Assembly: GCF_003367075.2 (NCBI RefSeq)
Contig: NZ_CP065936.1
Span: 1,560,001-1,592,000, forward strand
Length of the DNA: 32,000 nucleotides
Source of the DNA: Cylindrospermopsis raciborskii Cr2010
GTDB lineage: Bacteria > Cyanobacteriota > Cyanobacteriia > Cyanobacteriales > Nostocaceae
Direction of reading: 5' to 3'
Shown: positions 1 to 9,069 of the stretch, in pieces
How positions within the stretch are numbered: the first letter of the stretch is position 1
Layout of the letters: each line of letters begins with the position of its first letter
Translations under genes and position numbers: made by a program
The notes under the pieces: generated by a model
Database searches by the model: none
What the model was told of the DNA's origin: nothing
The model's input: the letters and a program-made list of their open reading frames with translations, nothing else

Positions 1-248
1 CAGGAGGTAATTATATAAATCCGTTCCTAAACCCAAGGTTTGATTTGTCATGGTATGGTATAAGGGTGATTTTTATCCATTATATCTTCTGCGCACTGGG
101 AGCAGAGCTGAATATGTTGAGAGATGTTGCGGTCATGCAAAAAGTTGATCTTCGTTCCCAGGTTTAAACTTATAATCTAAAAAATGTTCTTGGAGAGCCA
201 GGTGTTATTATGTGATATCATCAGCGGTTTGTATTTAAGGGGGTAAAG

Positions 249-1187
249 ATGAGTCGTCCAATTATTCTCGGTATTGTCGGTGATAGCGCTGCAGGAAAAA
301 CTACCCTCACTAGGGGTATAGCCCAGGTGCTAGGACCAGAAAATGTAACTCTCATCTGTACTGATGATTATCACCGGTATGACCGTCAGCAAAGGGCAGA
401 AACTGGCATTACTGCTCTCCATCCAGACTGTAACCATCTGGACATTATGCAACAACATTTGGCTCTTTTACGCACGGGTCAACCTATTCTCAAACCAGTC
501 TATAGTCATAAAACGGGAACCTTTGAACCACCTCAATACATTAAACCCAATAAGTTTGTCATTATTGAAGGGTTACTGGGCTATTCTACCCGTGCTGCAC
601 GTGACGCTTATGATGTCAAAGTCTATCTAGCTCCTCCAGAATCTCTACGAGCTGATTGGAAGATTAAAAGGGATACCCAAAAGCGGGGTTATACCAAAGA
701 ACAAGTGTTAGCAGAATTAGAAAAGCGGGAACCAGATTCAGAACAGTTTATTCGTCCTCAACGTCAATGGTCTGATATTGTAGTTACCTTCTATCCCCCC
801 AATGACAATGAAACAGAAAATGGTGGACATCTTAATGTCCGGTTAATCTTGCGCCCTACTATTCCCCATCCTGATTTTACTCAAATTCTTCATCCAGATA
901 ATGATGACTCAGAATCACCTGTGCGTTTGGGACTGGATAGGGATATGGGTAAACCAGTTGACGTGTTAGAAGTTGATGGACACGCAACTTTAGAACAGGT
1001 TAATAAAATAGAGCATGTTATGTGTAATGATATGCCCCATCTTAGAAATGTGTGCGATCGCGAAATTAATCCTGAACTGGGTAAGATTGCTGGCACAACT
1101 GGGGAAACTTTGCAAAGTTATCCATTGGCAATAACACAATTGATAGTTACCTATCACATGTTGAAGGCGACCCAAGGGCATTCTTAA
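249..1187 (+). CDS. Phosphoribulokinase/uridine kinase family protein (Prk paralog)
   Basis: 312 aa ORF; P-loop GIVGDSAAGKTT, ICTDDYHRYDR, ITALHP, KPVYSHKTGTFEPP, VIIEGLLGY and WKIKRD match the Prk family pattern. Confidence 0.88.
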   Translation: MSRPIILGIVGDSAAGKTTLTRGIAQVLGPENVTLICTDDYHRYDRQQRAETGITALHPDCNHLDIMQQHLALLRTGQPILKPVYSHKTGTFEPPQYIKPNKFVIIEGLLGYSTRAARDAYDVKVYLAPPESLRADWKIKRDTQKRGYTKEQVLAELEKREPDSEQFIRPQRQWSDIVVTFYPPNDNETENGGHLNVRLILRPTIPHPDFTQILHPDNDDSESPVRLGLDRDMGKPVDVLEVDGHATLEQVNKIEHVMCNDMPHLRNVCDREINPELGKIAGTTGETLQSYPLAITQLIVTYHMLKATQGHS

Positions 1188-2028
1188 AGGAAGGAGCGAG
1201 GGTGTGATGAGACAAAAAGCCATACCAATCATCTAAGCCTGCACCAGTGGTAGCAGAAACTTGATAAACCCGAATGTGGGGATTAACCTTTTTCGCATAG
1301 TCAATACATTTTTCCACATCAAACTGTAAATAGGGCAATAAATCTATTTTAGTCAGGATCATAACATCACTGAGACGAAAGATGTGGGGGTATTTCATGG
1401 GTTTATCTTCCCCTTCTGTAACTGAGAGAATGACAACCTTAGTCTGCTCCCCCAGGTCAAATAATGCGGGACAGACTAAATTGCCCACATTCTCTATCAT
1501 CAATACAGAATCCAAGGGAGGTTGAAGTTCCTGTATTCCCCTTTCTATCATAGCTGCATCTAAATGACAACCTGTACCCGTATTTATTTGTATTACCTTG
1601 CAACCTGTGGATTGGATTTTTTGTGCATCGTTAGTGGTTTCCTGATCTCCTTCGATTACACTAATATTTAACTTGTGTTTTAAGTCATTAATTGTGCGAG
1701 TTAACAGAGTGGTTTTACCTGCACCTGGAGAACTCATCAGGTTGAGAGCTAGGATATTTCGCCCTTTAAACCACCCTCTATTTTGAGCAGCTATTAAATT
1801 ATTTTTGCCTAGAATTTCCTGTTCTAGTGATATGGTTGTGTGGTGAATTTTAGCATGAATATTTGCTGGAGATTGGTCATGTTGGTGATGATGTTCATGA
1901 ATATGGGAATGGCTAATTAGGGTTCCATCAGCTAGGGTATGGGTATGATAGTCCCAATTTACAGGAGGGGTATTCATATTAGTAATTCTGGCTTCTTGAT
2001 TGCTATCACATCCGCAGGTTACACACAT
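1147..2028 (-). CDS. hypB: Hydrogenase nickel incorporation GTPase HypB
   Basis: 293 aa; N-terminal MCVTCGC, His-rich stretch (HTHTLADGTLISHSHIHEHHHQHD), P-loop SSPGAGKTTLL, GDQETTNDA, TKIDLLPY. Confidence 0.95.
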   Translation of the reverse strand: MCVTCGCDSNQEARITNMNTPPVNWDYHTHTLADGTLISHSHIHEHHHQHDQSPANIHAKIHHTTISLEQEILGKNNLIAAQNRGWFKGRNILALNLMSSPGAGKTTLLTRTINDLKHKLNISVIEGDQETTNDAQKIQSTGCKVIQINTGTGCHLDAAMIERGIQELQPPLDSVLMIENVGNLVCPALFDLGEQTKVVILSVTEGEDKPMKYPHIFRLSDVMILTKIDLLPYLQFDVEKCIDYAKKVNPHIRVYQVSATTGAGLDDWYGFLSHHTLAPSFKNALGSPSTCDR

Positions 2029-2360
2029 AATTCCTCCACTTCTATTTCCTTAATTTTTAATTCCTGACCTGTAATTAAATCCAACTGTACACTACCACAG
2101 GGACAGATTCCAAAAGGTTTATCTACCGTAAATGTGACACCACATTGTTGACATCTGGCCATTCCAGGGATCTCTATAATTTCTAATTTTGCTCCTTCAA
2201 CTATTGTACCCTGGGCACAGATATCGAAACAGAATTCTATCGCATCTGGCATTATGGCAGATAATTTACCTATTTCCAACGTCACCCGCTTAACTCGATG
2301 CTTGTGGGCATTTTCGCTGACCAGGGCAATAATGTTACGAGTTATTCCCAATTCGTGCAT
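2019..2360 (-). CDS. hypA: Hydrogenase maturation nickel metallochaperone HypA
   Basis: 113 aa; starts MHELGIT, zinc-site CQQC...CPCG; start of hypB overlaps the end of hypA by 10 bp. Confidence 0.95.
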   Translation of the reverse strand: MHELGITRNIIALVSENAHKHRVKRVTLEIGKLSAIMPDAIEFCFDICAQGTIVEGAKLEIIEIPGMARCQQCGVTFTVDKPFGICPCGSVQLDLITGQELKIKEIEVEELCV

Positions 2361-2395
2361 ATTTTATATATCCTAATATCCCGAATACTATTAGA

Positions 2396-3499
2396 TTAAC
2401 ATATTCTCGGTAGCTGCTCTCCCACCAACATATCCACCATTCTTTCTGCACCAAAAACAGTTTTTAAAAAAACTATTCCAGGTAGTTGGTCAACTACTTG
2501 TCCAATAATTGCTGCTTGTTTTCCCAAGGGATGATCTTGCATGGTGGATAATACCAGTTCTGCTTGCTCCTGGGGAACAACAACCACTATTTTACCTTCG
2601 TTGGCTAAATACAATGGATCTAAACCAAGTATTTCACACATTCCAGTCACCTCCTCTCTAATGGGAATGGTCTGTTCATTGATTTTTATCCCTAGATTTG
2701 CTGTTTGGGCAAATTCGTTTAATACTGTCGCCAAACCTCCCCTAGTTACATCTCTCATAGCATGAATATCAGGACAGACCTTGATAATTTCAGCTACCAG
2801 TTCATGCAATGGTTGACTGTCGCTTTCTATATCTGTTTCTAATTCTAATTCTCCTCTAGCTATTAAAATTGCCGCACCATGATTCCCTATTTCTCCATTA
2901 ATAATTACCATATCCCCCGGTTGAATATGGCGAGGTGAAATTTTAATTCCCTGGGGTATTATCCCTATCCCAGCAGTATTAATAAATAATTTATCCGCAG
3001 AACCACGATGCACTACCTTGGTGTCTCCTGTAACTATTTGCACTCCCGCTTTTTGAGCAGCATGTTGCATACTCCCCACTACTTTTCTTAATGTTTCTAA
3101 TGGCAAACCCTCTTCTAAGATCATGCTACAACTTAAATATAGGGGTTTAGCACCCCCAACTGCCAGATCATTAATTGTGCCATTAACAGCTAAATCACCA
3201 ATATTGCCACCGGGGAAAAACAAGGGATCTACCACGTAAGAATCGGTGGTAAATGCTAATCTATCTCCCAGTTTTCCCAGGGTTGATAAATCAAAACTTG
3301 CCTGATCTTCTAATTGTGATAAAATCTCATTATGGAAATTTTTCACAAATACATCATGAATTAAATCGCTCATAGCTTTACCACCACTACCATGGGATAG
3401 GTTAATATGGCTATCTTTAACTTGATGGGAGCGACGACCTACCTGTGCTATTTTTTGAAATAGGGGATTTTGATTTTTCTGATTTTTATCTATTGCCAT
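2396..3499 (-). CDS. hypE: Hydrogenase expression/formation protein HypE
   Basis: LSHGSGGKAM near the N-terminus, TDSYVVDPLFFPGG, GDTKVV, C-terminal PRIC. The track ORF extends to 3556, but that start overlaps hypD by 50 bp; the internal Met at 3499 (MAIDKNQ) removes the overlap. Confidence 0.92.
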   Translation of the reverse strand: MAIDKNQKNQNPLFQKIAQVGRRSHQVKDSHINLSHGSGGKAMSDLIHDVFVKNFHNEILSQLEDQASFDLSTLGKLGDRLAFTTDSYVVDPLFFPGGNIGDLAVNGTINDLAVGGAKPLYLSCSMILEEGLPLETLRKVVGSMQHAAQKAGVQIVTGDTKVVHRGSADKLFINTAGIGIIPQGIKISPRHIQPGDMVIINGEIGNHGAAILIARGELELETDIESDSQPLHELVAEIIKVCPDIHAMRDVTRGGLATVLNEFAQTANLGIKINEQTIPIREEVTGMCEILGLDPLYLANEGKIVVVVPQEQAELVLSTMQDHPLGKQAAIIGQVVDQLPGIVFLKTVFGAERMVDMLVGEQLPRIC

Positions 3500-3506
3500 A
3501 CAATTG

Positions 3507-4634
3507 CTATATAAGAGCTGATAATCTGCCATATTTATAATATGCTGCACAAGCACCTTCAGAGGAAACCATACAAGTTCCTATGGGTGTTTCTGGTGTG
3601 CAAGCTGTGCCAAATACTTTACATTCCCAAGGTTTTAAAACTCCTTTAAGAATTTCTCCACATTGACAGGCTTTATGATCGGGCACTTTCAAATTGGGAA
3701 TAGTAAATTTGGCTTCTGCATCAAATTGAGCATATTCGGGACGTATTTTCAAACCAGAATTAGGAATTTCTCCCAACCCCCGCCATTCAAATTTCTCGCG
3801 AACTGTAAAAACCTGATTCATGGCTTGAATGGCATTTTGATTTCCCCCTTTCTCAACTAACCGATTATATTGGTTTTCTACTTCACACCGATTTTCTTCT
3901 ATTTGTTTTAATAACATCCATATAGATTGGAAAATATCCAATGGTTCAAATCCAGAAATGACAATCGGTTTATGATATCTTTCGGGAATAAACTCATATG
4001 GATCTGTTCCAATAACCATGCTTACATGACCTGGACCAACAAAACCATCTAGTTGTAAATCTGGATTTGCTAATAATGCTTCCAATGCTGGTATAACTAA
4101 TACATGATTGGAAAATAAACTAAAGTTTCTAATGTTTTCTGCTGCTGCTTGTAATATGGTAAATGCAGTGCTAGGAGCAGTGGTTTCAAATCCTAAACCA
4201 AAAAATACTATCTCTTTTTCAGGGTTTTCCTTGGCAATCTTTAAACTATCCAGAGGAGAATAGACCATTCTAATATCTGCTCCCTCAGCTTTTGCTTGTA
4301 ACAAGCTGGTTTTAGACCCTGGAACCCTCATAGCATCCCCAAAAGTAGTGAAAATAATCTGCTGGTTTTGGCAAAGGGCGATCGCATCATCTACTCTACC
4401 TTTTGGCATGACACATACCGGACATCCAGGTCCATGAATCAGTTCAATATTATCTGGTAATATTTCCTCAATGCCATATTTAAAAATCGCATGGGTGTGA
4501 CCACCACACACTTCCATTATTTTCAGGTGTTTGTTTTTGTGGGAATTTCTTGAGATTTGAAGACTCAGTTGTGCAATTTCTTTTTGTAAACCTTGAGCTT
4601 TTTCGGGGTTACGGAATTCATCTACATATTTCAT
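3507..4634 (-). CDS. hypD: Hydrogenase formation protein HypD
   Basis: 375 aa; MEVCGGHTHAIFKYG, HGPGCPVCV, GFGFETTAPS-type stretch (FFGLGFETTAP), HKACQCGEILKG. Confidence 0.95.
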   Translation of the reverse strand: MKYVDEFRNPEKAQGLQKEIAQLSLQISRNSHKNKHLKIMEVCGGHTHAIFKYGIEEILPDNIELIHGPGCPVCVMPKGRVDDAIALCQNQQIIFTTFGDAMRVPGSKTSLLQAKAEGADIRMVYSPLDSLKIAKENPEKEIVFFGLGFETTAPSTAFTILQAAAENIRNFSLFSNHVLVIPALEALLANPDLQLDGFVGPGHVSMVIGTDPYEFIPERYHKPIVISGFEPLDIFQSIWMLLKQIEENRCEVENQYNRLVEKGGNQNAIQAMNQVFTVREKFEWRGLGEIPNSGLKIRPEYAQFDAEAKFTIPNLKVPDHKACQCGEILKGVLKPWECKVFGTACTPETPIGTCMVSSEGACAAYYKYGRLSALI

Positions 4635-4649
4635 AATTTTACCAAGGTG

Positions 4650-4928
4650 TTATAAATCGCTCCTTTGCAGGTCTTTAGTATCACCATAACTGTTAGCAAT
4701 TTCCTGTAAAAGGGCTAAGGTTTCTGCTGCTTCCTGTTCATTAATTCTGTTCATAGCAAAACCCACATGAACTAACACCCAATCTCCGAGACATTTTTCG
4801 GGTGGGTGTTCCTCATCAACAATACATGCTATATTGATTTGACGCTTAACTCCTCCAACCTTAACTATTGCTAGTTTATGTTCTGGATTGCTGATTTCTA
4901 TTATTTGTCCAGGTATTCCTAAACACAT
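4650..4928 (-). CDS. hypC: HypC/HybG/HupF family hydrogenase chaperone
   Basis: 92 aa; N-terminal MCLGIPGQI and GDWVLVHVGFAM are HypC signatures. Confidence 0.95.
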   Translation of the reverse strand: MCLGIPGQIIEISNPEHKLAIVKVGGVKRQINIACIVDEEHPPEKCLGDWVLVHVGFAMNRINEQEAAETLALLQEIANSYGDTKDLQRSDL

Positions 4929-5036
4929 ATCTTTTTCTCGACCTAATTAGAGTTTACTAGAGTTTAACATACATCTTTGGAAAGAAAATGTGGCGTTGCA
5001 CAATAATTGAGGTTCAATCATCTGATATCTACCGCT

Positions 5037-6584
5037 CTAGCTACGAATCACTGTAATGGTTCTTCCCTCTCGACTAATGGCCTGTTCCATACTAATCCTC
5101 TCACCCATGGGTGGTAATCCCGGACGGTGATCAAAAATTACTAACCAACCTCTATCTAATCCTAACCCACCCAGATACTTATCCAATTGGGTCAAACCCT
5201 TCGTTAACGGATCCGATTTTCCCCTCCAAACCTTTAACTCTATGCCCATCACTACCTTGCCATAGCGTAAACAAATATCCATTCTTCCAGAACCAACGGC
5301 ATATTCCCGTTCTAAAGTGCCACCACCATTCACTACCCGATGTAAAAACGCCATCAAAACTAAATGGGGAGCAATTTCATGATAAGGCGCACTTTTGAGT
5401 AATGGTTCCCCATGTTGTCGCCAAAACTCTAGGAAAGCATTTAAGAGTTTGTCAGGATTTAAAGTATTATCAGTATTTAACCAAGTAGGTTGAATCTGGG
5501 GTAGACTATCCTGACTACCCTGGGACAAAACACGAGGAATCACCTCCTGGTAAATGGGATTGGCAATGGTTAGTCCTCCCAAGGGACTGCGCTTTACCAA
5601 GCCTAAATCTAGCAAGAAACGGCGATCATCCTCTGGGGTATCTGGTAAGTCCGATCCAGCTAACATGGGTTGAATAATGGCTTTGACCCGATCTTCCCGT
5701 AAGCGCTCTGCCAAACTATCCAAATGGGTATCCTGGCGCTGAATCAGAACTTCTTTGGCTTGGTTAATTACTTCAGCGGTAATGGGTTGAGTAATATCTT
5801 TCACTAACACCTGAGTGGCTTGACGAGCTAGGGCGTTTACTAACCATGGTTGCCCATCGGTTAAATAAAATGCTTGTTTAATTGCTTCCGGGGTAAAAAT
5901 TTGTCCTGTAGCTTGCGTATGTTGTAAGTAAAGTTCTTCCACCTCTGACAGAGTGAAATTACTTAAAGTCAAGGATTCCGCTTTGATATTGAAAGGACTT
6001 GACGTATTCAGTCGTTCACTTCCACCAGATTTAACCTTATAGTCCCGCACATCCCGCATACCAATTAACCCCACCGAATGGGGAAATCCCCGAGGACGAC
6101 GGGGAAAACCTGAGCGTAATTGTCTTAAAATTAGGATTAAAGCTTCATCTGTTAGGGAATCGATTTCATCTAAAAAGATTACAAGAGGTCTTGGAGATTG
6201 TGCGGACCACTCACTTAAAGTTTTGCCTATTCCTGAGTCTGTTTCACGCTCTGGCCAATAGGATGGTTGTAGTTCTTTGGGTAAATAAAATTTGATTGCC
6301 TGTTTCCATTCTTCTAAAATAACCTGCTCCGCTTGCTGGGGATTATGGGAGAATACTGATCCCACTTCAACGGAAAGCATAACTGCGGTATATTTTCCAC
6401 TATCAGTCAATTCTCGTGCTAAGGCTATCATAGCTGTAGTTTTGCCGACTTGTCGCGGCGCGTGAATTATAAAGTAGTTTTCTCCGTCAATTAGTGCTTT
6501 CAAATCCGGTAGTCGAGCTGTGGGAGAGAGCATATAGTGGATTTCGGATTTACAGGGTCCAGCAGTATTAAAGTATTTAGGCAT
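5037..6584 (-). CDS. AAA-like ATPase with C-terminal PD-(D/E)XK nuclease-like domain
   Basis: 515 aa; Walker A HAPRQVGKTTAM, Walker B PLVIFLDEID, C-terminal GSGRMDICLRYGKVVMGIELKVW (D...ExK pattern). Confidence 0.8.
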   Translation of the reverse strand: MPKYFNTAGPCKSEIHYMLSPTARLPDLKALIDGENYFIIHAPRQVGKTTAMIALARELTDSGKYTAVMLSVEVGSVFSHNPQQAEQVILEEWKQAIKFYLPKELQPSYWPERETDSGIGKTLSEWSAQSPRPLVIFLDEIDSLTDEALILILRQLRSGFPRRPRGFPHSVGLIGMRDVRDYKVKSGGSERLNTSSPFNIKAESLTLSNFTLSEVEELYLQHTQATGQIFTPEAIKQAFYLTDGQPWLVNALARQATQVLVKDITQPITAEVINQAKEVLIQRQDTHLDSLAERLREDRVKAIIQPMLAGSDLPDTPEDDRRFLLDLGLVKRSPLGGLTIANPIYQEVIPRVLSQGSQDSLPQIQPTWLNTDNTLNPDKLLNAFLEFWRQHGEPLLKSAPYHEIAPHLVLMAFLHRVVNGGGTLEREYAVGSGRMDICLRYGKVVMGIELKVWRGKSDPLTKGLTQLDKYLGGLGLDRGWLVIFDHRPGLPPMGERISMEQAISREGRTITVIRS

Positions 6585-6630
6585 AATTGTGAGCTATAAT
6601 TTAGATTGATTCTTGGGTCGGAACGCTTAG

Positions 6631-9030
6631 TTAGGCATTTTGCCCACATCTAGCTGCAACAATCATAGCTTGTCCCAGAGATATTCCTCCATCATTTGGA
6701 GGTACTTTACTATGGGTAAAAACTTCCATGCCCATATTTTGCAGTAATTTAGTTGTTTGCTGCAAAAGAATTCGGTTTTGAAATACTCCCCCGGTTAGTG
6801 CTACTTGATTAGTTTTATATTCTTGACTCAATTGTTTAACTGTTTCTATAATCAAATGGGCTAGAGTTAGGTGAAACTTGGCAGCTATTTCCCCTATTCC
6901 AACTTGTTGGTTTATATCCTCTAAGATTCCTTTCCATATAGAAGCTGTGTTTACATAGTACATTCCATCTAACTTTTCAATATTTTGATGTGATGGATAA
7001 CTGGATATATCATTTAGTATTTCAGGACTAATACAGGACTCCATTTCTATAGCTGCTTGTCCCTCGTAGGTACATTCTTCTCGACAAATGCCAATTGCTG
7101 CTGCTACCGCATCAAATAACCTACCAACAGATGATACAAGGGGTGAGTTAATATTTTTTTCCACCATTTGATCTAGCAATTTCAAAGGTTGTTTTTGTAG
7201 AAACTGCACAATTTCTAGAGATGGATATTGTTCTTGAACCTCTTGCCAATTTAAAGCACTATTGAGGTGAGCATAAGTATTTCTCCAGGGTTGATAAATA
7301 GATTGTTTTCCCCCTATCATAGGTACTGGTTTAAAGGTAGCCAGTCTTTGGTAATTAGAATAATCAGCCAGGAAAAATTCTCCTCCCCAGAAATTACCAT
7401 CTTCTCCATATCCTAAACCATCAAAAGCTACACCTAATACTGGCTGGCTATTTAAAGGTATTTTGTTTTCCGCTAGACAAGCTGCAATGTGAGCATGATG
7501 ATGTGGAATTTCATAAAGTTGGATTTCATTACTGACTGCTAATTGTCTACCCAGTTTTGATGATAAATATTCCGGATGTTTATCAATGGCAATAATTGCT
7601 GGTTTATGGGCGAATAAATTGAGATATAAATTTAGGGTTTCTTGATAGGTAGCAAAAGCGGAGGCATTTTCTAAATCTCCTAAATGTTGTGATAAAATAG
7701 CCTCACCTGCTCTCAATAAACAAAAGGTGTTTTTCAATTCCCCACCCATGGCTAAAATAGGTGGTGTCTTTTCAAGACCTTGTGGTAAAATAATCGGTGC
7801 TGGTGCATATCCCCTAGCGCGTCTGAGAATTTGGATTTTTTGATTAACTACTCTCACTACTGAATCATCTACTCGGTTAATAATATCTCGATTATGTAAT
7901 AAAAAATAATCAGCTATTGGAGCTAACTTTTTTTTAGCATCTGAATTATCAATACATTGAGGTTCATCGGCAATATTACCACTGGTCAGAACTATGGGAA
8001 CATTCATTCTCCTGAGAATTAAATGATGTAAAGGAGTATAGGGCAACATAAAACCCAGAGTGTTTTGACCAGGTGCGATCGCCCTGGCTATGGGATTCCC
8101 TATTTGGGATTTGACTGAGTTAGGTGGCAAGTTATTTTGGGGATTAATTTTTAATAAAACAATTGGTGCAGCAGGACTAGTTAATAAATCTTTTTCTAAA
8201 TCAGAAATCTGACAATATTGAGATATTATATTGATATCTCTAGCCATTAAAGCAAAAGGTTTATGATAACGTTTTTTTCGCTGTCGTAATTTTTCAACTA
8301 CAGTTTCTTGGGTAGCATCACAAGCTAAATGGAAACCGCCTAACCCTTTAATAGCAACGATTTCACCTTTTTGTAATAAAGTACAAACTGCATCAACCTC
8401 ATCCAACATAGAAAACATATCCCCAGTGATAGGTTGACCATCAGCACGTTCTAACCATGCGCGGGGACCACAACGAAAACAAGCTACGGGTTGAGCGTGG
8501 AAACGTCTATTATTCACATCTTCATATTCCTGGTTACATTCTCCACACATAGGAAAATCTACCATGCTAGTATTATTTCTATCGTAGGGAATGGCCTGCA
8601 TAATACTTAACCGTGGTCCACAATGGGTACAGTTAGTAAAGGGGTAGCGGAAATAACGACTAAAGGGATCAAAAATTTCCTTTTGACATTCATCACAGGT
8701 TGCAGCATCGGGAACAATTTCCGTTTTCACTGGTGTTTCCATACTGGGAGAAATGATAAATTCTTTGAGTTCATCACCATGGAAATCATTAGACCCAGAA
8801 AGTGGACTCCTGATTAGTTCATGAATTTGAGCTAGGGGTGGACAGTGGTCATACAGTTGCTGCACAAAAGCAGTTATCTTTTCCTCACTCCCTACAATCC
8901 GGATTAAAACTCCATCCCCATCATTACATACATCTCCTTTTAAACCAGCATTTTTAGCCAAGCGGTAAACCGTGGGACGAAAACCTACACCCTGAACAGT
9001 ACCCCTAACTCTTATTTGCTCTGTTCTCAT
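6631..9030 (-). CDS. hypF: Carbamoyltransferase HypF
   Basis: 799 aa; acylphosphatase-like N-terminus (RIRVRGTVQGVGFRPTVYRLA-type), zinc fingers CDEC...CTHCGPR and CGEC...CFRCGPR, GLGGFHLACDA, C-terminal ALTGGVFQNRIL. Confidence 0.96.
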   Translation of the reverse strand: MRTEQIRVRGTVQGVGFRPTVYRLAKNAGLKGDVCNDGDGVLIRIVGSEEKITAFVQQLYDHCPPLAQIHELIRSPLSGSNDFHGDELKEFIISPSMETPVKTEIVPDAATCDECQKEIFDPFSRYFRYPFTNCTHCGPRLSIMQAIPYDRNNTSMVDFPMCGECNQEYEDVNNRRFHAQPVACFRCGPRAWLERADGQPITGDMFSMLDEVDAVCTLLQKGEIVAIKGLGGFHLACDATQETVVEKLRQRKKRYHKPFALMARDINIISQYCQISDLEKDLLTSPAAPIVLLKINPQNNLPPNSVKSQIGNPIARAIAPGQNTLGFMLPYTPLHHLILRRMNVPIVLTSGNIADEPQCIDNSDAKKKLAPIADYFLLHNRDIINRVDDSVVRVVNQKIQILRRARGYAPAPIILPQGLEKTPPILAMGGELKNTFCLLRAGEAILSQHLGDLENASAFATYQETLNLYLNLFAHKPAIIAIDKHPEYLSSKLGRQLAVSNEIQLYEIPHHHAHIAACLAENKIPLNSQPVLGVAFDGLGYGEDGNFWGGEFFLADYSNYQRLATFKPVPMIGGKQSIYQPWRNTYAHLNSALNWQEVQEQYPSLEIVQFLQKQPLKLLDQMVEKNINSPLVSSVGRLFDAVAAAIGICREECTYEGQAAIEMESCISPEILNDISSYPSHQNIEKLDGMYYVNTASIWKGILEDINQQVGIGEIAAKFHLTLAHLIIETVKQLSQEYKTNQVALTGGVFQNRILLQQTTKLLQNMGMEVFTHSKVPPNDGGISLGQAMIVAARCGQNA

Positions 9031-9069
9031 GTTTTTACTGCAAAAGCATATTCATATTATATTCTAATA

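Noticed and set aside
1-248. hupSL uptake hydrogenase genes next to hypB
   Set aside because: Often nearby in heterocystous cyanobacteria, but no such coding sequence is present in this window.
364-630. Small ORFs overlapping confident genes (364-630, 890-1096, 2541-2765, 3663-3860, 5111-5398, 8623-8817, 13351-13557, 13795-14100, 22139-22402, 23360-24373, 27079-27288, 27872-28093, 28819-29067, 29274-31079 group)
   Set aside because: Antisense or out-of-frame to well-supported proteins, with low-complexity or random-looking products and no recognisable motifs.
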